64,000 bases of DNA from the IMG/VR virus record IMGVR_UViG_3300034106_005441, positions 577 to 64,576 of that record; one strand, given 5' to 3'. Position 1 is the stretch's first letter; each line of letters opens with the position of its first letter. Positions 57,925 through 64,000 of the stretch are shown piece by piece. The translations under genes were made by a program, and so were the position numbers. Source of the stretch: a virus. Taxonomy: Duplodnaviria > Caudoviricetes. A model generated the notes under the pieces. The model was not told where the DNA came from and did not search any database. It worked only from the letters and a program-made list of their open reading frames with translations.

Positions 57925-58287
57925 TTACTTCCCTTTCAATTGCGCTAGTTTGTTGACCGACAAGTTAATTGTATCTGCTTGCGCCGTCGTTCTGCCTAGC
58001 TCTACGTCAGAACCGGGCTGGATGGTGTCCGTGTCGATTTTAGTGACAACCGTACGAGTATCAATATCAATCTTGCCGAGTTTTTCTTTAACAACTGCGG
58101 CTTTTTCGGCTTTCTTTTCTTTCTCGAAGAAACTGGTGGGCTGTTGAATGCGGCTTTCCAGCGTGATTGCCCGGCTGCTGTCTAACCCATAAAACGTGCG
58201 CAGAGCGGCGTAAATAAAATCAAGACGCGCAAAAAAATAGCCCGCCACAAAACCGCCCAGTATGCCGCTCAGTATTTCTATGGTCAT
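57925..58287 (-). CDS. N-terminally membrane-anchored hypothetical protein
   Basis: TM segment [15 protein letters not shown]; ends 2 nt before the actin-like gene. Confidence 0.6.
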   Translation of the reverse strand: MTIEILSGILGGFVAGYFFARLDFIYAALRTFYGLDSSRAITLESRIQQPTSFFEKEKKAEKAAVVKEKLGKIDIDTRTVVTKIDTDTIQPGSDVELGRTTAQADTINLSVNKLAQLKGK

Positions 58288-58697
58288 GGCGTCCAGACCT
58301 TGTGTGGGTCAACGGCGCCCTTACCGAAGACAGGAAGAGTTTCGCAGACCGGGAACATATCTTCAAGCTTTTTAAACACGCTACTATCCGTGGCGCCAAC
58401 ACCTTCAGGCATGTCGTCGATCCAGATATCAATCGTATATCCCATTGCCAGCGTGCGGTCGCGCTTGGGCGAATGATTACAGAATATCAAGTCCGTGAGC
58501 AGCTTGAACGTGGCTTCGCCGAACACCGTCGCCAGTTCTAGCCGGCTGTGCGGGGTTTCCGTGCGCCCGGTGACGCAAATAACCTTGTGACCGCGCTTAA
58601 CCGCGTGCTGCACCATAAACCGCCAGAATTCGACGTCGCTGGTAAACGTGCGGTCGAAATCGAGGGCAATAGTTGTCTGGCGAAACGGCGTCGTCAT
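58284..58697 (-). CDS. HAD-superfamily hydrolase
   Basis: IALDFDRTF (motif I), VTGR (II), K (III), IWIDD (IV). Confidence 0.8.
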   Translation of the reverse strand: MTTPFRQTTIALDFDRTFTSDVEFWRFMVQHAVKRGHKVICVTGRTETPHSRLELATVFGEATFKLLTDLIFCNHSPKRDRTLAMGYTIDIWIDDMPEGVGATDSSVFKKLEDMFPVCETLPVFGKGAVDPHKVWTP

Positions 58698-58707
58698 GAC
58701 GACAAAA

Positions 58708-59157
58708 CTACGCTTTCAGTATGTGCCAAGCGTCGCGCCACACGCTGTCTGGTAGAAAAGAAATTTTGTGACGACAGTATAAAATTTCAGCACCGGGCAC
58801 GATAAAAAATTGCCGCAATTCTGTGTGCACAAAGATAAAAACGTCAATCTCGTTTTCCGAGTACTGACTTGTTTTGCCGGGTTTTTGACGCCGGAATCGG
58901 CAGCTTTTGTGCCGGCGGACTGAAAAACTACACAACCCGTTTGTCGTTTCAGTTTTTACCGCCGTAGATTTTACTTGCACTCGGTTCAATACGTTATTGT
59001 GCGCCGCAATTAAATCGTAACCGATATCGAGCAGCGGCACACACGGGACAATTTGATGCTCGTACATTTCGGCAATGACTAGCGAAACGCCACGCGCGCC
59101 AATTGCCAAGGACCGCGACCACCTATTCGCCGCCGCGGCTTCTTTTAATGCCGGCAT
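58708..59157 (-). CDS. PD-(D/E)XK endonuclease (homing-like)
   Basis: GYDLI...RVQVKS...[11 protein letters not shown] pattern; probable start at ATG 59157. Confidence 0.7.
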   Translation of the reverse strand: MPALKEAAAANRWSRSLAIGARGVSLVIAEMYEHQIVPCVPLLDIGYDLIAAHNNVLNRVQVKSTAVKTETTNGLCSFSVRRHKSCRFRRQKPGKTSQYSENEIDVFIFVHTELRQFFIVPGAEILYCRHKISFLPDSVWRDAWHILKA

Positions 59158-59192
59158 TGTGTCATCCTTAACACGGCGCCGCAGCTGCAAAA

Positions 59193-59408
59193 TTATTTGA
59201 TATCGCCAGCTTCGATCATAGCCTCAAAAATATCAAAGGCTTTTTTAGCCCGCATCATGTGCAACTGCTGCAAGCCCAGCAGCACATTAGAAAGCTCGTC
59301 GACGTCCACGGTGTCTTCAATAACCGCGTCGGCCAGCAGGCCAATGTCATCTGCCGTGTGCCACGCGTTCATGATCGCCTGCTCTAACTCGAATCTGTCA
59401 TTAGCCAT
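59193..59408 (-). CDS. Small acidic hypothetical phage protein
   Basis: 71 aa, AAGGAG RBS, DRFELEQAIMNAW. Confidence 0.65.
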   Translation of the reverse strand: MANDRFELEQAIMNAWHTADDIGLLADAVIEDTVDVDELSNVLLGLQQLHMMRAKKAFDIFEAMIEAGDIK

Positions 59409-59423
59409 TTTTTCTCTCCTTAA

Positions 59424-59495
59424 CTGCCTGAGTAGGACTCGAACCTACAACCTCAGCATTAACAGTGCCGCGCACTACCATTGTGCTATCAGGCA
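59424..59495 (-). tRNA. tRNA-Asn (GTT)
   Basis: TGCCTGA acceptor stem pairs with TCAGGCA; D-arm AGCACAATGGTAGTGCG; anticodon loop CT-GTT-AA; T-loop GTTCGAG; no encoded CCA. Confidence 0.92.
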
Positions 59496-59570
59496 TTACT
59501 GTCGTCGCCGATGATCCAATGCAACAACAAAAGACCCACGATGACGGTTACCGCGTCATTCCACGTCATG

Positions 59571-60062
59571 TCACACCAGCCGCGACTCAGCCGCGCGATA
59601 CTGGTGCTTGAGCGTGTCGGCGAGAATGCGCCGCAGCTTTTCACAGTCCTCGTAGCTGTCCTGCAACTGGTCTTCGTAAAAGATTTTGAGGTACGCGGAC
59701 TCGACCGGCCACGTGCCAGCCAACGCATCCAACTGTGCAATGCGCTTAGCGTAGTTGTTCACGACTTCTTCTTCCAGCTGCACCGAATGCCCCAGCGCGT
59801 CTTCCACCTTCGTAAACGACGGGAAATTCTTGCCGCTGGAATTAGGCAGCGCAAAATGCAGGCCGAGCAGGCGGTCCAAAAACGCCTGCACGTGCTCCAA
59901 CTCGCCCTTGGCCGCGTTCGTGAAGAACTCTTTATATTCTTCTGCGTGCAAACCAGTGATATAGCTGGCGTGATACAAGTAGAACTGCAGGTGCGTCCAC
60001 TCATTATGCAAATCTTCGTTCATCAACTGCAGAAACTGCGGTAGCGTCAATTGCGACATCAT
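59571..60062 (-). CDS. Ferritin/bacterioferritin-like protein
   Basis: MNEDLHNEW...QFYLYH...GELEH...LEEEVVNNY four-helix ferroxidase-type pattern. Confidence 0.8.
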   Translation of the reverse strand: MMSQLTLPQFLQLMNEDLHNEWTHLQFYLYHASYITGLHAEEYKEFFTNAAKGELEHVQAFLDRLLGLHFALPNSSGKNFPSFTKVEDALGHSVQLEEEVVNNYAKRIAQLDALAGTWPVESAYLKIFYEDQLQDSYEDCEKLRRILADTLKHQYRAAESRLV

Positions 60063-60083
60063 TCTTCCTCCGTGAAAGTGGCT

Positions 60084-61079
60084 TCAATCTGCGGCGCTGT
60101 AAGTTGCAACATAATTAGTTTGACAGAGATCGACTTTTTTTGTCGGAAAGACATGCGAATCCTTTTGCTTAAAGCCATCCGTGCACGCACTCTTAAATTC
60201 GTCCATCCAAAGTTTTCGAATTTGAGACCAATTAAACGCAGCAACATTACGTTGCGCCGCGTGTGACATGTACAAATACGTATCGTGATCGTGCTGCAGT
60301 TCTTCGATCCGCCGCACAGCCTCCTCGACCAAAGCAGCGGGATCTAGCGGCAGCAGAATGCCCGCGCCGTTAGTAGCCAGCGCCGGAAAAATACCAACCG
60401 GAGTACCCAATGTAGGTACGCCAGCGGCCGCTGCTTCGAGCGCCACGTAAGGATTGCCCTCGGTTGTCGAGCAAAACATGACAAGATCAACGCTCTGATA
60501 CAGTTGATCAGCCGCCAGAAAATGCAGATTCTCGCGCTGATAAAACTCCAGTCCGGTTCGCGCGGCTACTTCTTGCGCTAGATAGCCACGTTTGAGGTCT
60601 AAACCGCCGTGATCGCTGCGACTCATGCGCCCAAAATAGCCCAACCGACGAATGCTAGTGCTGGGTTCACGCCGGTAGTTCGCCGTCGTGAGGCCGACAG
60701 GCAAAATCACCGGCGTCCGGCTTTTTGTGCACGCCACTGACTCGCGCCAAATGGGCGCTGAGACAGCGGCGTAACCGGCTAACCGCGTAAAATATTCTTC
60801 TGGGAATCTCTGCAGCGCGTCTTTGATGTCAAATTCGCTGTGTACTTGCGCATAGCACTTCTCCAGCGGCCAGCCATAAGTCGTATGCAGGAAGAAACAG
60901 CCGACCGGCGTCGAGAAATACAAGTCGTATTTATCCCGCAACAACGCGGACTCAAGTGCTTCCAATTTCTTGGTCCAGCACCAGATGTCGCCGTCGATGT
61001 CGGGATGCAAGAACTTGATCAGTTCGTTGAATATCTTCCCGAACACCCAGTTGTTTTCGATGAAATATAGTACGCGCAT
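60084..61079 (-). CDS. Glycosyltransferase, GT-B fold (family 4-like)
   Basis: LGYFGR...KRG...STTEGNPYVALEAAAAGVPTLGTPVG. Confidence 0.85.
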   Translation of the reverse strand: MRVLYFIENNWVFGKIFNELIKFLHPDIDGDIWCWTKKLEALESALLRDKYDLYFSTPVGCFFLHTTYGWPLEKCYAQVHSEFDIKDALQRFPEEYFTRLAGYAAVSAPIWRESVACTKSRTPVILPVGLTTANYRREPSTSIRRLGYFGRMSRSDHGGLDLKRGYLAQEVAARTGLEFYQRENLHFLAADQLYQSVDLVMFCSTTEGNPYVALEAAAAGVPTLGTPVGIFPALATNGAGILLPLDPAALVEEAVRRIEELQHDHDTYLYMSHAAQRNVAAFNWSQIRKLWMDEFKSACTDGFKQKDSHVFPTKKVDLCQTNYVATYSAAD

Positions 61080-61086
61080 ACGACGG

Positions 61087-61115
61087 GTTATACCCGCGTC
61101 GGCAAAAGCTGTAAA
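61087..61115 (-). promoter_or_regulatory. Sigma70-like promoter of the glycosyltransferase (possibly leaderless)
   Basis: TTTACA-N17-TATAAC ending 7 nt before the ATG. Confidence 0.5.
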
Positions 61116-61139
61116 CCCAATTTCGGCGAAAAAGAGCCG

Positions 61140-61799
61140 TTAAATAGGGTAGGGGCCATAAGCGTTTGCTAGCATGCTAGCAGCAAACTCTTCGTACGTC
61201 GTGCCGGAGGGTAAAGCCGGCGAGCCGTCGGCCGCCACAGACAAAAACTTAGCGTACTCAGGGTACTGCCGAAACGCCGCCAACACAATTGCTTCGCGAG
61301 CCCGCCACCCGAGCGGCGGAGTCATGTCGCGACGCAGTTCAAATATCTTTTGCAGCACACCTTTTGTAAACATGCTACCTGCGGTATCAATCCGCGCTAA
61401 CTGCCGCGACACCTCCGCGACCACTTGTTTAAACAAGTATTTCGGGTCTGCTAGCTGGGCATGCTGGGCGCGCAACGTCTGCAATTGCTGCCGCGCGCTA
61501 CTGGAAGTCTTCGGCGTCAGGCTACCGGGCAGGCTCATAAATATAGCAATGACCAGCCACTCAGGCAGTAGAAACAAGAGCGCCGCTTGTTTCCGTAACT
61601 TGTCCAGCACAGCCAAGCCGCCAGCCCATCCCGCGCGACGGCCGTCGGGCCCTTTAGCGTCCATTGCAGCTTGAATCTGCAGCCCGATCTCGACAACGTT
61701 GTTACCGAACAGATAATCCGACGATGGAAGCTTGACGCCGACTAGCTTCAAAAGCCAGCCTATTACCCGCCCTGTGAGTGCGAGTGTTGCGTCTGACAT
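61140..61799 (-). CDS. Hypothetical protein
   Basis: 219 aa, tightly packed after the upstream gene. Confidence 0.55.
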   Translation of the reverse strand: MSDATLALTGRVIGWLLKLVGVKLPSSDYLFGNNVVEIGLQIQAAMDAKGPDGRRAGWAGGLAVLDKLRKQAALLFLLPEWLVIAIFMSLPGSLTPKTSSSARQQLQTLRAQHAQLADPKYLFKQVVAEVSRQLARIDTAGSMFTKGVLQKIFELRRDMTPPLGWRAREAIVLAAFRQYPEYAKFLSVAADGSPALPSGTTYEEFAASMLANAYGPYPI

Positions 61800-61802
61800 C
61801 TG

Positions 61803-63755
61803 TTACTTTTTGGCTTTCTTGTCTTTTTTCTTCTTGCTACCAACTGGGCGGCACGAGTCGTTGCTGTACGGCTTCTTGCCCGGCACTGGCTCATAGCCGG
61901 CCCAGCAGCGCGCGCTCTTCATGCACATCACAATAATTTGTTTTTTAACAACTTTGGGTTGCGGTTTCGCATCCGCTTGATTGCGCAGCGTTAACTCATG
62001 CGCTCGCCGGGCGTTGTCCACGCGGTACGGCGCGCCCTTGGCTTGCTCAGTTTTCAGATCGCTGAGTTCCTTGGCGTCCATGTCGTTGAACGCCCACTTT
62101 TCAATAAACTTGTTGACGTTCATTGTTGACGCTTTCTTTGTTGCCCAACCGTGGATATACGGTTGCAAATAATCGCCCGAGTTAAGGCGCGCCGAGTTCA
62201 TTACAACGCGCTGATTCGACGGGCCAAAAAAATTCCATTTGCTCGGCGACGTTAGTGTATTCCAGACATCCGACCCAGACGGCAAAGTCTTGCGAATCCC
62301 GGCAATCGCGTCCGTAGCGGCGCCGATATTACCATAGACAGACGTCAAACCGCCGCCGTCGGTGTACGCCTGCCCGTCTTGTATCTTCTTCGAGATGGCA
62401 CTGTTCGGGTCATCGAACGCCGACACCACAGTACCGGCGCCCCGTAGCGCCCGCATAGCGTCCTCGGGAGTTTTGATGTTAACGGGGTCCATTTTCATAA
62501 GCCATTGGGCCTTGATGTTGTCCGGCAATGGCGCTTTGAGCAACGACTGCAATTGTTGTTTTTTCGCCATCGAATCTTGCACTTTGGCTTTCACATCTGC
62601 GGTTGAAGAACCCAGTCCAAGGTCGGATTGCGCCACCGCGGCCTGCACCGGATCGTCAGCCATCAGCGTTGACAAGTCCTGTTTGCCCTCGGGAATCATG
62701 CCCAGAAACGAACCGACGTTGTAAGTCAAGTCGCCGACGCCTTTCTGGGCTCCTTCGCCGAACATTCCCATGCCGGCCGCGCCCAGACCAAGAGCGCCGA
62801 TACCCAATCCGCCCAAGAGCGACGTTAAACCGCCGCCACCCAGTAACCCAATAAGCGCCATGGGCACGCCGAACGTAAACGCCAGTTGCCCCATCGGGCC
62901 CATGCCCTGCCAAGCGTTCTGCGCCATGCTTTGAATTTCACCGAACATGCCCGGGTTCTGTGTCGCTTCAGGGCTGTTCGCGATTTCCTGCTGCACAAAC
63001 TGTTTCATGTATTCGTCGCCGGCCGGGCCAAGGCGCTGGTCAATAAATGCTTTTGCCGCGGGAGTGTCCATGCGCCCAGCAACCACGTCATCGGCGCCGG
63101 CGCGGTCCGTGTCGCTAATCGAGCCTTTCATGCTCGTCGTTAAATCTTGCAACACTTTGTTTTTTGCTTCGGGCGTGCCGGCCGCTTGATAGTTTTTCAT
63201 CGCGCCGTCGAAGTCTGGTTTTACGGGCATACCCGCCGGTGTTTGTGACGACGAATTTGTTGCTGCTCCTGATTCTGTCGGCGTGCCTGCGGGTGTCATT
63301 GAAGGCGCTGCACCCCATGACTGCGGTGCCGCGCCGGAAGTCGTAGGCGTCGTAGGTGGTCCTTGTGGCGGCGCGGCGCCCCACGATTGCGGTGAAGTAG
63401 TTGGCGGAGTGGCCGGAGTTGTCCCGGCACCCGCCGTAACCGGAGTGGCTGCCGGAGCAGCGCCCCATGCCTGCGGAGACATACCGGCTGCGAGTTCAGG
63501 TTTCGGACCCTGCGTCGGAGCAGCGCCCCATGCCTGCGGAGACATACCGGCTGCGAGTTCAGGTTTCGGACCCTGCGTCGGAGCAGCGCCCCATGCGAAC
63601 GGGGAAGCAGATGAACCCGCAGGTTTTATAGGATTGGCGTATTTTTGAAACACCAGCGGCAAGATATGGCGAATAGTTGAGCGGGGCATAAACGCAAACC
63701 TCTTGTTAGCGCTTCTTGGGCGCACCGTTTTTCTCACTATATGTCTTACCGTCAT
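61803..63755 (-). CDS. Low-complexity protein with WGAAP repeats, Gly-rich hydrophobic core and C-terminal CWxGY motif
   Basis: 650 aa as called (the true start may be MPRSTIRH at about 63689); RCWAGYEPVPGKKPYSNDSC at the C-terminus. Confidence 0.65.
   Translation of the reverse strand: MTVRHIVRKTVRPRSANKRFAFMPRSTIRHILPLVFQKYANPIKPAGSSASPFAWGAAPTQGPKPELAAGMSPQAWGAAPTQGPKPELAAGMSPQAWGAAPAATPVTAGAGTTPATPPTTSPQSWGAAPPQGPPTTPTTSGAAPQSWGAAPSMTPAGTPTESGAATNSSSQTPAGMPVKPDFDGAMKNYQAAGTPEAKNKVLQDLTTSMKGSISDTDRAGADDVVAGRMDTPAAKAFIDQRLGPAGDEYMKQFVQQEIANSPEATQNPGMFGEIQSMAQNAWQGMGPMGQLAFTFGVPMALIGLLGGGGLTSLLGGLGIGALGLGAAGMGMFGEGAQKGVGDLTYNVGSFLGMIPEGKQDLSTLMADDPVQAAVAQSDLGLGSSTADVKAKVQDSMAKKQQLQSLLKAPLPDNIKAQWLMKMDPVNIKTPEDAMRALRGAGTVVSAFDDPNSAISKKIQDGQAYTDGGGLTSVYGNIGAATDAIAGIRKTLPSGSDVWNTLTSPSKWNFFGPSNQRVVMNSARLNSGDYLQPYIHGWATKKASTMNVNKFIEKWAFNDMDAKELSDLKTEQAKGAPYRVDNARRAHELTLRNQADAKPQPKVVKKQIIVMCMKSARCWAGYEPVPGKKPYSNDSCRPVGSKKKKDKKAKK
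63453..63596. repeat. 63-bp tandem repeat (about 2.3 copies, in-frame 21 aa)
   Basis: cggagcagcgccccatgc recurs at 63453, 63516 and 63579 with identical intervening sequence. Confidence 0.9.
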
Positions 63756-64000
63756 GCGCCGCGCGCTTGGTCGGCGTCACGTCGCGGCTGTTGTTTTTTC
63801 CTTCCCACTCCAGCTGCCGCACGCCGGTCATGTCGATGGGCAAGTTCTTGGGATTCTTGGGGTCTCGAAAGTGTTGCACAGTTTTACCTTTCGTATCGTG
63901 ATTACTCAAACAAGCGAGTGACAAATTTTACGCAAGCACATTATTGAATTGGCCGCAAACCACCGGCTCGCAACAAATCGAATCCGCGCGACGCTTGATT

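Noticed and set aside
63453-63596. CRISPR-like array
   Set aside because: The intervening sequences are identical and the repeat is in-frame within a CDS; no cas genes are visible
63706-63924. 72-aa minus-strand ORF; also 55494-55706
   Set aside because: Plausible small genes, but the starts are unclear, they overlap neighbours and they have no motifs, so they are not listed as features

Overview
64 kb segment of a large (probably jumbo) myovirus-type phage genome. Essentially all credible genes are on the minus strand and the standard genetic code fits. Read in transcription order (right to left), there are five blocks. (1) An accessory block: GT4 glycosyltransferase, ferritin-like protein, tRNA-Asn, PD-(D/E)XK nuclease, HAD hydrolase, actin-like ATPase, a candidate ~230-nt structured RNA, and a 2H-phosphoesterase/NUDIX multidomain protein. 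(2) A membrane-protein plus matrixin plus papain-like protease cluster that may be a lysis module. (3) A bacterial-type multisubunit RNA polymerase with an unusual layout: beta fused to the N-half of beta', with the beta' C-half as a separate gene. (4) A head module (prohead protease, scaffold, decoration, major capsid, neck) interrupted by a small island with its own promoter and terminator motifs, carrying a MoxR AAA+/VWA pair and a candidate ~500-nt RNA. (5) A contractile tail module (sheath, tube, spike, frameshifted chaperones, tape measure, baseplate) containing a FliA/WhiG-like sigma factor. Two signals recur across the window: ANGGAN-loop hairpins (CsrA/RsmA-type) over many translation starts, and a K-x-A/S motif in head-region proteins that may mark protease processing. 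All product calls come from motif recognition and gene order, not from database searches.
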